Both the position numbers and the translations under genes were made by a program. A stretch of DNA of 38,638 nucleotides, from the IMG/VR virus record IMGVR_UViG_3300033153_003840, positions 1 through 38,638 of that record, one strand, 5' to 3'. This DNA is from a virus. Below, in pieces: positions 17,859 through 26,343 of this stretch. The notes under the pieces are model-generated. The model worked only from the letters and a program-made list of their open reading frames with translations, was not told the origin of the DNA and ran no database searches. Position 1 is the stretch's first letter. The number at the start of each line of letters is the position of its first letter.

Positions 17859-20001
17859 TGACCGTTACCTCTTTGATAATTCCCAAGACGGTAAAAGGCA
17901 GGGGCTGTTCTTGCGTGATAGTAACCACTCCACCGTTACCTCCAAGCAAAGTTATCTCCTTATCACCGGTGAACGGGTCTATATCCTCATCAAAGTTATT
18001 CTGTCCGAACGACCGGAAAGGTATTATCTGACCGTTGACCTTAAGACCGATAGTCTCATAAAGACGAACGACACAACGATTGACGCTTATCTTTTGCCCC
18101 TGCGCCGTACCTAGATTTGTCGGTATCTCCGGTGGTAGGTCTATAATGGTTGATGTGTAATGTAGGCCAATCTCAACAGAAAGAGCCGAAAGGGGAATGG
18201 TTATCTCCCCACCCGTTACAGTCTGTTGCGGAACTACCACGCCGTCGGCAACTACGTCCACAAGCTCACCCTCAAGGTGCGATAGCCCTGTCCACGTCAC
18301 CTTTGCCGGTGAATCCGAATCGGTTATAGCTGAATCAGTTTCAAGGGTTGAATCCATAACCTCGATATATGTAGCGGTGACAGAGTTTATGGTGCGCTCA
18401 ACGGCTACCCATACCTGGTCGGTATCGTTGTAGGGGATAACGGATACCTTCTTAAAGAGACCGTCGGTCGTATGTTGCGCCCAAGCTAATAATTCTGCCC
18501 TTCTATCGAATGTCAAGGATAGAAGTAAGCCGGTACTCGTCACCATCCAAACAGTACTATCCGGCTCGCGCTGAAACGCCATATCGATAATGCCAAGCTC
18601 TGCCAGATGCGACGATACAAGGCTTATGTCGGGGGCTTCTTTCTGTGTGGTGCTTTCCACCTTGTCGGATAAGAGCCGCACCTGCTTCCCGTGTTTGGTC
18701 GGGAATATAACATCACCAGAAACCACAAGTGGTCGCACTATCTCGCGCGTACCGTATTCGGTATGCACCTTAATTTGAAAGTTGGTCGGGGTTAGGGGCT
18801 TCTCAATACCGCCATGAATAGTTATCTCTTTATCGTATGTCATAACGATAAGGAATTGTGTCGCGGTAATATGTAGAATCCTTGAGGTGGCGGCGGCAAG
18901 GATGAACTCGAACGGGTCTGAATCCGCCGTACCGGTTACGAAGTTAGATATTATCCCGCTTTCACTCCCAAAGACGGTCTGTGGGTGTGTAAAGACACCA
19001 CCCAAAATCATACGCTGTTCAAAGAAGGTTATCGAGTTTGGGTATCCGGTCGTACCCCAATACACCCGCCCTGCCGTTATCGTGCCGGTAGCGGGGGTGG
19101 CCGGTGAACCCGCAACCGTATAGGTATATATAGTCGTACTTGTAACCGTCACAACAAGGTCGCCGTTGTAATCGCTCTGGTCGGCTCCGGCGATTGCAAC
19201 GACCTGACCAGTCAAGCGTCCATGCACTTGCCCTGTGTTGACGGTCGCCGTCGTTCCAGACCGAGTTATGCCAATAATTCTTTGTGCTGTAATTGTACCG
19301 GTTGCCGGGGTCGCCGGAGAACCCGACACCGTATAAGTAAAGACCGTATTATCTCCAACCGCGCTTGTTACCGTTATCACGAAGTCGCCATTATAGTCTG
19401 ATTCGTTAGCGTCTGCTATTCGCACGGATTGTCCAGTAACAAACCCGTGGTCTGCCCCCATCGTAGCGGTCGCCGTCGTGCTTGCGCGGGTAATGCTTGT
19501 TACACTTTCCGCTGTCTCGGCATCAAGCACCGCCGGCATGGTAAAGGATACCGCCCCTATCACCCAGTTATTATCATCCGTGCGGGTTAGCTGTTGCGTT
19601 GGGAAGTCGGGGTGGGCAAGATAAAGAACGTCGTCGGCTTGCTCATAACGTATCTTATCTATGCCCGAAGTGAAGGGGCTTGCGATGCTTATAACCCCTA
19701 TCCTTGCGCTGTTCGTATAAAAATGGATGGTGTTATCGCTACGAATCTCGATTAAGTAGCCCTGAACCGTCCCTAAATCTGACCGGTATATGCGAAACTC
19801 TATCGGATTGACAGTCACCGAACCCTCGTTGTCAACGTACTTCAACCCCGCGCGCCTTGTGCCATCACCGTTCGGCGTTATGGCGGTATTGATACAAGAG
19901 CCTAGAGCGTTCTTGTAGCGTACCGTATCAACGCGAGCCTTGAGTTTCGGGGCAAGCTCTCCGCCGGTGAGATTCGTTTGTATTATTAAAGACCGTGCCA
20001 A
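17851..20001 (-). CDS. Tail tubular protein B / nozzle (T7 gp12-like) with an inserted tandem domain duplication
   Basis: The N-terminus LTGGELAPKLKARVDTVRYKNAL, the 716-aa size and the position after the adaptor all fit. Residues 167-312 hold two ~72-aa repeats. Confidence 0.7.
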   Translation of the reverse strand: MARSLIIQTNLTGGELAPKLKARVDTVRYKNALGSCINTAITPNGDGTRRAGLKYVDNEGSVTVNPIEFRIYRSDLGTVQGYLIEIRSDNTIHFYTNSARIGVISIASPFTSGIDKIRYEQADDVLYLAHPDFPTQQLTRTDDNNWVIGAVSFTMPAVLDAETAESVTSITRASTTATATMGADHGFVTGQSVRIADANESDYNGDFVITVTSAVGDNTVFTYTVSGSPATPATGTITAQRIIGITRSGTTATVNTGQVHGRLTGQVVAIAGADQSDYNGDLVVTVTSTTIYTYTVAGSPATPATGTITAGRVYWGTTGYPNSITFFEQRMILGGVFTHPQTVFGSESGIISNFVTGTADSDPFEFILAAATSRILHITATQFLIVMTYDKEITIHGGIEKPLTPTNFQIKVHTEYGTREIVRPLVVSGDVIFPTKHGKQVRLLSDKVESTTQKEAPDISLVSSHLAELGIIDMAFQREPDSTVWMVTSTGLLLSLTFDRRAELLAWAQHTTDGLFKKVSVIPYNDTDQVWVAVERTINSVTATYIEVMDSTLETDSAITDSDSPAKVTWTGLSHLEGELVDVVADGVVVPQQTVTGGEITIPLSALSVEIGLHYTSTIIDLPPEIPTNLGTAQGQKISVNRCVVRLYETIGLKVNGQIIPFRSFGQNNFDEDIDPFTGDKEITLLGGNGGVVTITQEQPLPFTVLGIIKEVTVNG

Positions 20002-20011
20002 TTAAAACCTC

Positions 20012-20593
20012 TTAGGTTATCGGTGCGCGTCCGCCAGAGCGTCGTCTTGCCCTCAATAACTGCGACCTGCCTATAGCGTCCGGCGTTCCTTCCTGTCCGT
20101 CTACCGCACGGGCGAACCTCAACCTCTCAAAATAAAGCGCAAGCGTCTCGCTCTCCTTTGTGGTGGACTTCGTAACAGGATACGCAAGAGCCGCTTTCAT
20201 CGCCGCCGTCAAAGCCTCGATAAGCAGAGCGTCGTAACTCGGGACATTCTCATTGCGGTATACATACTGGATTAATAAGGGGTTTTCGTCTGCCACAACC
20301 TGTCTACCCTCAACCTTATAATTACCCTCGGTGTCGGCATCCAAGAGCCGTAAGAAGTCACCAGGAAGGTCGAAGGCAAAGGCGAAGAGATAGACCGGCG
20401 CGGTCGCACTCGGCGCGAGAGAGACGCGCTTTATCGCACAATTCCACGGGTGCGCGCGCAACACGCCGTCAAGGGTTTGAGGCCATAGATTAGAGCAAAG
20501 CTTAGAAAGGTCTGTGCCTTCATCGAAAGAGGCTATCGTTTGCGCCCCTAATTGCAAGAGGGCGTTCGAGCAGATGGTTATCTTTGAGGCCAT
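20012..20593 (-). CDS. Head-tail adaptor / tail tubular protein A (T7 gp11-like)
   Basis: The protein is 193 aa. The motif ICSNALLQLGAQTIASFDEGTDLSKLC...LRAHPWNCAIKR is characteristic of podovirus adaptor proteins (from memory). AAGGAG lies upstream. Confidence 0.65.
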   Translation of the reverse strand: MASKITICSNALLQLGAQTIASFDEGTDLSKLCSNLWPQTLDGVLRAHPWNCAIKRVSLAPSATAPVYLFAFAFDLPGDFLRLLDADTEGNYKVEGRQVVADENPLLIQYVYRNENVPSYDALLIEALTAAMKAALAYPVTKSTTKESETLALYFERLRFARAVDGQEGTPDAIGRSQLLRARRRSGGRAPIT

Positions 20594-20694
20594 GACTTAA
20601 CTCCTTTATGTAGGGGGATGGGGGCCGAGCAGCCCTAGGCAACCACAACCCTTGCGAACTCAACCCCCACCATGGAACACCGTTAAGTTTTCCC

Positions 20695-21192
20695 CTAGTC
20701 CTCTACATAAACGAGATACCCGTTGATTGTCGCCGCCGCCGGTATAGTACCACCAGCGACCACGGCCTGAATGACTACTGCCTCTTTCGCGTTTATCGCA
20801 AAAGCATCCTCGGCAGTAAAGGCGTTCGTACCAAGACCGCACCTGATAAGGGCGGCGGCACTCACGTCCTGACCATCCATGAACACATCAGCCGCAGCCG
20901 CAACCGCCGTGCCGTCGAGATTCGTGTATCCGGTATGACCTATATCGAGCAACCTAGCCGCACCAAAGGCCGACACGATGATACGTGACATCGACTTGAA
21001 GATTCTAACAGTCTTACCGGGCGGTATCTTAACCAAGTCCATCGTGGACGTGGCATCACCGGCGGCAGAACCCTGCGTGAAGTCAAACCTCGCTATGCGG
21101 AGCTTACCCACTAACTCGGTCGCATCGAGCTTAGTGGGGGGAGTAGCCTCCATCTGTGTTACCTGCGTACTCTTTTCAGTTGTAACAGCCAT
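20695..21192 (-). CDS. Putative capsid decoration / cement protein, 165 aa
   Basis: It lies immediately downstream of the major capsid gene. The composition is beta-rich and Ala/Thr/Gly-rich. The arrangement is as in BPP-1-like podoviruses. This is an inference. Confidence 0.4.
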   Translation of the reverse strand: MAVTTEKSTQVTQMEATPPTKLDATELVGKLRIARFDFTQGSAAGDATSTMDLVKIPPGKTVRIFKSMSRIIVSAFGAARLLDIGHTGYTNLDGTAVAAAADVFMDGQDVSAAALIRCGLGTNAFTAEDAFAINAKEAVVIQAVVAGGTIPAAATINGYLVYVED

Positions 21193-21226
21193 CGTCTAAC
21201 CCTCCATATTGGAAGTTAAAGGTTAT

Positions 21227-21242
21227 GGGGGCCGAAACCCCC
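21227..21242 (-). terminator. GC hairpin 5 nt after the capsid gene stop (GGGGG-N6-CCCCC); attenuator or RNA-stability element
   Basis: A 5-bp all-GC stem with a 6-nt loop, but no clean U-tract. The motif ATGGGGGCCGA is shared with 20618..20628. Confidence 0.35.
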
Positions 21243-21247
21243 TCTAA

Positions 21248-22114
21248 TTACGCAGTCTCGGTACAAGCTATCTCGACAACCCTCACTTCCTCCGTCCTGA
21301 CCGCACCCAAACTCATGCGAGCGAATATCTGGACAGCGTTGTTCTTCGTGGGAATCCTGTCGATGCTTGTGATTACATTCTTACCGATACCAAGCCTACA
21401 ACCTGTTCTCGCCCATGCAAGGCAATAACGGGTTGTCGAAGCCTTGATAAGGCGTTCCGACCGGATAAACTTAAAGCCGAGGTAGGTGTCAATCTTGCCC
21501 TCGACCAGAGCCTTAACTGTGACGTAATCGGAACTCGTCACTTCGGGGTCGGTAAGAAGGTTGCTTATCTGCTCGGCTGTAACCCCAATAAACCTATCCT
21601 CTTCCTCATCAACCTCGGCCTCGTCAAGCAGCTGCTTGGTAGTCAACAGCTTATCGACTGTAAGTCCGGCGGAGCCGTGAGCTATCTTCTGCGCCGACGG
21701 AAGGACAATATCACCACCTGAATCCGTAGAAGCACGTGCCGTACCTCTTAGAGCGGCGATGATAAAATCATCCTTCGCCCTATTAAGAGCCATTACTGCG
21801 GCCCTGACGTAATCCGAAGTCGGGTCTATGAGCATCCGAACCTTGTCAAGCTCGTCAACAAGGTCGGCATATCCCTTATCGGCAAGGTCAATCCACCTCT
21901 TACTGTGCGGGGTGTCGACATACTGCGTGTCGCCGTGACGAGTGGTTATATCATACGCCTCGCCCGCACCGATACGCTCAACCGACTTGGACTGACCTAC
22001 GATGCCGGAATCAACATCAACCGCGCGCTCGAAGCGTGACTCCATCTGCTGTGCCAATGTAAGAACATTAGCGGAATACTGGTCTACAAATGCATCTGTA
22101 ATCTCGATAGACAT
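21248..22114 (-). CDS. Major capsid protein
   Basis: The N-terminus FVDQYSANVLTLAQQMESRF is typical of phage major capsid proteins. It follows the scaffold gene. AGGAGG lies upstream and a hairpin downstream. Confidence 0.8.
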   Translation of the reverse strand: MSIEITDAFVDQYSANVLTLAQQMESRFERAVDVDSGIVGQSKSVERIGAGEAYDITTRHGDTQYVDTPHSKRWIDLADKGYADLVDELDKVRMLIDPTSDYVRAAVMALNRAKDDFIIAALRGTARASTDSGGDIVLPSAQKIAHGSAGLTVDKLLTTKQLLDEAEVDEEEDRFIGVTAEQISNLLTDPEVTSSDYVTVKALVEGKIDTYLGFKFIRSERLIKASTTRYCLAWARTGCRLGIGKNVITSIDRIPTKNNAVQIFARMSLGAVRTEEVRVVEIACTETA

Positions 22115-22236
22115 GGAATAACCTCCTAGAGTTAGCCATATTGAACTAATCCTAGAAGGTTATCCATTTGGTGGGCCTTCTTGAATCGTGGGGTTTATGC
22201 AGGGCCGTTTGGTTATCCTGCAGGGTAAAATCTAAT

Positions 22237-22521
22237 CTATACTTGGACTTTCTGTGCCTCCAAAGCCTCTGTCTTGGGCACCTGTCCCTTCTGGTACGGC
22301 ATCCACTCGCAATAGGAGCCTCTGTCAGGGTAGGTGTCACCTTCCTGAATAAGAGAAATAGAGGTATGTCCACTAGTCTCTCCCACCCTGTTAATGACCA
22401 TTAAACTAACCATCCTGTCACTATGAACCTCTGCTATAATGGCGGCAAGAGGCCCATTCTCGGTGTTGTTGTAAAACCATACTACACGTCCTACTGTCGG
22501 TTCAATTATTGTCGGCATCAT
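22237..22521 (-). CDS. Hypothetical protein, 94 aa
   Basis: The ORF lies between the scaffold and capsid genes, with AGGAGA upstream. A 122-nt structured gap follows it. Confidence 0.55.
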   Translation of the reverse strand: MMPTIIEPTVGRVVWFYNNTENGPLAAIIAEVHSDRMVSLMVINRVGETSGHTSISLIQEGDTYPDRGSYCEWMPYQKGQVPKTEALEAQKVQV

Positions 22522-22530
22522 CTTTCTCCT

Positions 22531-23331
22531 TTATCTACGCTTGCCCTTTTTATGCGCGGCCCTCGCCTCAAAGACGCGCTGAACCTGCGCCATAACCTTT
22601 GCATGGTCGGGGTGCTTGGCCTTGAGGTAAGCGTCCGACTTCATAAGCGACTCTAGTTCCTCCGGTGACATTCCACCGGTTGACGGTGCGCCAGGGGTTA
22701 TCTGGTCTTCGGTTAGGTTCGCGCCCAAGACCGACAAGACCTGTATCATATCAGGGTCGTTGCCTATCCTTGCGCGGTCTATCCCTTCGACTCCGGCGGC
22801 GTTCAGGGCGTTCAGGGCCGCCGTCATGTTGTCGTGGTACTTGTCACCCCATACGCCCTTGAGGGATTCAATCGTACCTTCACGGGTGTTTGAGGAAGCC
22901 GTAACAGCCTCCCCGACTACCCCGGCGTATTCGTCCATGATAAACTGCACCATGTCGTTCGTCATGCCGCGTTCGTGACACCGGCCTAGAAACTCCTTGT
23001 GCCCTTCTTCGTTAAGCTCTACACCTTCGGGAAACTTACCTTCAAGCTCTAGTTTGTAGCCATCCACCGTTTCAGGTGGTGCGCCTATCGTGCCGAGCTT
23101 CTTCTCAAGCTCCCCGTAGGACTTAAACATATTCTGCTCGTTCAGTGTGCCGTCGTCATTGCGGAACTTCTCCGGCACTTCAAGGGCGGCGTTCAGGTCG
23201 GGTGGGTCTCCACCTGTCTCAATCGCGCTTCCCGGGGCCGGTGCGCCTCCTGTTTCTATCGCGCTCGGCTCTGTGGGTGGCACACCCCCTGTTGGCTCAT
23301 TCCCTGCTGGTGTTGCTTCTGGCTCTGGCAT
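22531..23331 (-). CDS. Capsid scaffolding protein
   Basis: It lies between the portal block and the capsid gene. It has a low-complexity Pro/Gly/Glu N-terminus with a duplicated SAIETGG(A/D)P motif, and is helical and acidic. Confidence 0.6.
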   Translation of the reverse strand: MPEPEATPAGNEPTGGVPPTEPSAIETGGAPAPGSAIETGGDPPDLNAALEVPEKFRNDDGTLNEQNMFKSYGELEKKLGTIGAPPETVDGYKLELEGKFPEGVELNEEGHKEFLGRCHERGMTNDMVQFIMDEYAGVVGEAVTASSNTREGTIESLKGVWGDKYHDNMTAALNALNAAGVEGIDRARIGNDPDMIQVLSVLGANLTEDQITPGAPSTGGMSPEELESLMKSDAYLKAKHPDHAKVMAQVQRVFEARAAHKKGKRR

Positions 23332-23347
23332 TACTCCCCCCCCTCGG

Positions 23348-23635
23348 TTAAAGGTTATTACTTCCGCCCCTCTTAGCGGCTCCTGCAGGCCTACCTACGG
23401 GCCTCTTGCCTACTACCACGTCCTTTGTGGTGGTTTTCCGCATAGCCTCAAGGTATTTAATCCGCTTGAGGTGTTCGACCTCGCGGACGGCGGAAGCCTC
23501 ATACTCTTTCTGTAAGGCGTTGAGCCTCTTTACAAGCCGGTTATTCTCGGCGTTGACTTCCTCCGCTGTGCCTATCTTGACCTTTTCCCGTGTCGGGACT
23601 ATGTACCCATCCGGCCCTAATATTCCTTTTGCCAT
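23348..23635 (-). CDS. Hypothetical coiled-coil protein, 95 aa
   Basis: The central region is heptad-like (EEVNAENNRLVKRLNALQKEYEAS). It lies between the portal and the scaffold. Confidence 0.55.
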   Translation of the reverse strand: MAKGILGPDGYIVPTREKVKIGTAEEVNAENNRLVKRLNALQKEYEASAVREVEHLKRIKYLEAMRKTTTKDVVVGKRPVGRPAGAAKRGGSNNL

Positions 23636-23638
23636 CCC

Positions 23639-23872
23639 TTACCCCTCCCGGTTGGTTTTCAGGTTTAAGTGGGCGACCACCGCCCTCTGTCCTTCTCTAA
23701 AAGCCATATCACGTTCGGACTCTCCTGCGCGATATGAAGGCCGGTTATAATATATCCGATTAAGCTCCGCCAGTATCGCCGCGCCGTCCCTATCTCTACC
23801 GAATATCCGGTTGTATACCACCTCCGGTATCGGTGCAATATTCTCGTTTGTTGCTTCCTTGCGCTTCATCAA
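23639..23872 (-). CDS. Small portal-adjacent protein, Bbp19-like (from memory)
   Basis: The pattern IFGRDRDGAAILAELNRIYY...MAFREGQRAVVAHL resembles the small conserved protein found next to portals in BPP-1-type phages. Confidence 0.45.
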   Translation of the reverse strand: MMKRKEATNENIAPIPEVVYNRIFGRDRDGAAILAELNRIYYNRPSYRAGESERDMAFREGQRAVVAHLNLKTNREG

Positions 23873-25473
23873 GCCCCCTTGACAAGTTGCGGGGCAACGG
23901 CCTTCCGTACCTCTGCATCCTGTTCTTCTTCAACCTGTGCTTTCTGCTCGGTGGCTCGTCTCTCTCTTAACGCCGCAATATCGTCTTCACTCCTAATCAC
24001 CTTCTCCGGCACACCCAACATCTCGGCAGTCTCACGGTTTGATTCGTCAAGGTCGAGAATATCAAGGACTTCTGGCTTCGCTTCGGCTTGGGCGAATAAT
24101 CCGGCTTGGAAACGCTCAATCGCTCCGACCGTCTCAAGCTTCTGCGCCTTTGCAAGCGGTGAAAGATACTTGATATTGGCGGTCTTATTCTCAAGCTCTT
24201 CCGGTATATCGTTGAACGCTCCGGCCCTTAGACCTATCCCGAAACACCGTCTGACAAGGGGCTGTAAGAACTCAACCTGTAGCCGTCCATACATCGGGCC
24301 AAGTAATTGTCTGATTAACTGCGTCCTAATATGCACCTCGGTCGCGGTCATGGCGGGGCCGTCTTGGGGCTGTAGCTGATTAGACATCAAGACTTCTTTA
24401 ATCCGCGCCTGTAGGTTCGTCACCGTTAGCTCACCGGCGTTAAAGTCAACACCTGAGTTCAGCGGGAAGAAACTGTCCTTATTGGCAACCCCTATAACCT
24501 TGCGCGGGCCGACATTGATGGTATTTGGGTTGAGTATGCCATCGTCAACCGCGCCCCACATCCCCGAAACAGACAGGTCGAGAGAGGCAAGGATTATCTT
24601 CACAAGCTCGTTGACGGTCTGTATATCCGCCAGAGCGTCATCTATCGGGCCGGTGGCGTAGACTGTATCAGGCATAACAAACCACCTCGGGACGACCACG
24701 GGCATCTCGTGAAAACCCTTGTCGTTCCGAACGATCTTCTTCGCCTTGCTCATCTCAACGTGAACGGATGCTATCGGAAGCTGAAGTTTTTTATGGTCGG
24801 GGAAAGGGTGGATAACGTGAAGAAAATCATATTTCTCGAAAGGTTTCTTAACGGCGGCCTCGGCTATCGCATTGCCGACCTTGTTCTCTCCGTACTCGCT
24901 AACCGCCTGTTGCGCCGTCAACTTAAACTCACGATAGACCGTATCAATCACGCCATCGCCGGTACTATCCGCGCAGTATATCGACGGCAAAGACCATTGC
25001 TCAAACTTGAAGGGCTGACCGGTAGCCGCCGAACCCTCGGTAATGAATATAGCGAACATCCCCGAAACGACCATATCCACAAGGGATTCAAAGGCTACCA
25101 CATCAAAGTTGCTCGCGTGAATGTTCTTCCAGATGGTTGTAGCAGTCTCTTCGAGCCATTCCTTAATCTCTTTATTCTCGTTGTTCCGTACTTCTAAGCC
25201 TAACCAGTTGACATGCGCCGGAAACATACCGGACATAATCGAAGAGACTAAGAGTTTCGTTGATATCTTCGCCGTGCTATCGTATATCTCGGCCTGGTCG
25301 GCTTCGGAAGCGGTACGGATTGCGGCGGCATCAAGCCCCACGGAATCGAACTTTTGACCACGAATGGGAAAGGTGAACTCATAAGCATCGCGCCAACCAT
25401 TCTCTAGCGGCGCACGCTCGGTCTTTAATGCTTCAAGTTGTTTTGAATATCCGGATGCTGTACTTAATGGCAA
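23869..25473 (-). CDS. Portal protein (T7 gp8-type head-to-tail connector)
   Basis: The protein is 534 aa and lies directly after the small terminase. The N-terminal LENGWRDAYEFTFPIRG and the overall pattern resemble podovirus connector proteins. Confidence 0.8.
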   Translation of the reverse strand: MPLSTASGYSKQLEALKTERAPLENGWRDAYEFTFPIRGQKFDSVGLDAAAIRTASEADQAEIYDSTAKISTKLLVSSIMSGMFPAHVNWLGLEVRNNENKEIKEWLEETATTIWKNIHASNFDVVAFESLVDMVVSGMFAIFITEGSAATGQPFKFEQWSLPSIYCADSTGDGVIDTVYREFKLTAQQAVSEYGENKVGNAIAEAAVKKPFEKYDFLHVIHPFPDHKKLQLPIASVHVEMSKAKKIVRNDKGFHEMPVVVPRWFVMPDTVYATGPIDDALADIQTVNELVKIILASLDLSVSGMWGAVDDGILNPNTINVGPRKVIGVANKDSFFPLNSGVDFNAGELTVTNLQARIKEVLMSNQLQPQDGPAMTATEVHIRTQLIRQLLGPMYGRLQVEFLQPLVRRCFGIGLRAGAFNDIPEELENKTANIKYLSPLAKAQKLETVGAIERFQAGLFAQAEAKPEVLDILDLDESNRETAEMLGVPEKVIRSEDDIAALRERRATEQKAQVEEEQDAEVRKAVAPQLVKGA

Positions 25474-25991
25474 GTGTTTTCCGCCCTTTGGACGCGTGCC
25501 TCTGCGTCCTGTATGAGTTTATCGATAGATGCGGTCTTATCATCGGTTGGGGGTTTGGTTGCCTCGGTATCCGGCCGAATCTCTCTGTATCTATCCGGCA
25601 TACGGTTTTTAAGGCCAAAAATTAAACAGGTCGGGTTTGGCTCGATATGCTTAACAACCGTCTTAACCTTCTGGTTTTTTGTCACCGTCCCATTACCGTA
25701 CTTTATTGCCTCGTAAGTCACCTCTTCGACCGTGTAGCCGTTCGCCCTCTTAAAGAAGGTTTCGACTAACTGCGCGTTGGCAATAGCTTTTCCCCTCTTT
25801 AGGGCCGAAAGGAACCTCTCGTCCTTCTTCCAGTTATTTACCGTTCTTTCGGTTACCCCCAAGATATAACCTATCTCAACATCGGTCATACCAAGACCGG
25901 CAATCTTCTCAACCTGCTCAAAGTCAACCTTGTCAGCTACATCTTCTTTCGGCCTCCCGCCCTTATTCTTTGGCTTTGTCTTTTTATCCAT
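25464..25991 (-). CDS. terS: Terminase small subunit
   Basis: The N-terminus reads KNKGGRPK. An HTH is present (GMTDVEIGYILGVTERTVNNWKK). It is the first gene of the structural arm, immediately upstream of the portal. Confidence 0.8.
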   Translation of the reverse strand: MDKKTKPKNKGGRPKEDVADKVDFEQVEKIAGLGMTDVEIGYILGVTERTVNNWKKDERFLSALKRGKAIANAQLVETFFKRANGYTVEEVTYEAIKYGNGTVTKNQKVKTVVKHIEPNPTCLIFGLKNRMPDRYREIRPDTEATKPPTDDKTASIDKLIQDAEARVQRAENTCH

Positions 25992-26099
25992 ACCCCATCC
26001 ATATCTGAAAAGTTGTGGGTTGTCAAAGGAAACTTTCTATCACCGTAAGTCGTGAATTTAATTAAAAGAAAACAAAATCAGTCTCTCTGTATTACTTCC

Positions 26100-26128
26100 T
26101 TGACAGACTCTATCTATTAATATAGAGT
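26100..26128 (+). promoter_or_regulatory. Early rightward sigma70-type promoter: TTGACA-17-TAGAGT
   Basis: A perfect -35 lies at 26100-26105. After a 17-nt spacer, the -10 TAGAGT (26123-26128) keeps T1, A2 and T6. It lies about 35 nt upstream of the HTH gene. Confidence 0.55.
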
Positions 26129-26130
26129 CT
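26105..26130. promoter_or_regulatory. Operator-like perfect palindrome AGACTCTAT-N8-ATAGAGTCT overlapping the promoter spacer and -10
   Basis: The 9-bp arms at 26105-26113 and 26122-26130 are exact reverse complements. Confidence 0.6.
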
Positions 26131-26163
26131 CTAATATATTATACAAAATGGAGGGTATCAGGA

Positions 26164-26343
26164 ATGCTAAGTATCGAGGAAATAAAAACGAGATTAGGCG
26201 ATAGGAACCTCGCAGAAGTAAGCCGTAGGGTCGGGTTGTCCTACCAGACCGTGTTTTATTTTTGCCAAGAAGAAAGCAACAACCCAAGCCACAACACCGT
26301 CAAGTTGTTGAGTGAATACCTTGAAACGGAGAAGAGCAAATGA
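26164..26343 (+). CDS. Cro/Xre-like HTH regulator, 59 aa (MLSIEEIKTRLGDRNLAEVSRRVGLSYQTVFYF...)
   Basis: It is not in the ORF track (59 aa). GGAGGG lies 8 nt upstream. The HTH signature is LAEVSRRVGLSYQTV. There is an ATGA overlap with the next gene. Confidence 0.7.
   Translation: MLSIEEIKTRLGDRNLAEVSRRVGLSYQTVFYFCQEESNNPSHNTVKLLSEYLETEKSK

Noticed and set aside
22115-22236. ORFs 22152..22373 (-) and 22168..22404 (+), and a possible promoter, in the gap before the capsid gene.
   Set aside because: Both ORFs overlap the 94-aa gene or each other without an RBS. The hairpins seen (AGAAGG/CCTTCT, TGCAGG/CCTGCA) are short, and I found no convincing -35/-10 pair.
23879-25197. Plus-strand ORFs of 166 and 162 aa opposite the portal gene.
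   Set aside because: They are antisense to a confidently recognised portal. They have no SD sequences and low-complexity composition.
25998-26026. A leftward TTGACA-17-TATGGA promoter for the structural arm.
   Set aside because: The -10 ends only 6 nt before the terS ATG, so the transcript would lack the apparent SD. It could be a leaderless start, but I cannot support that. The late promoter remains unassigned.
26164-26343. The HTH gene as evidence of a temperate lifestyle.
   Set aside because: I found no integrase, excisionase, CI-like repressor or attachment-site-like repeat. A lone Cro-like regulator does not establish lysogeny.
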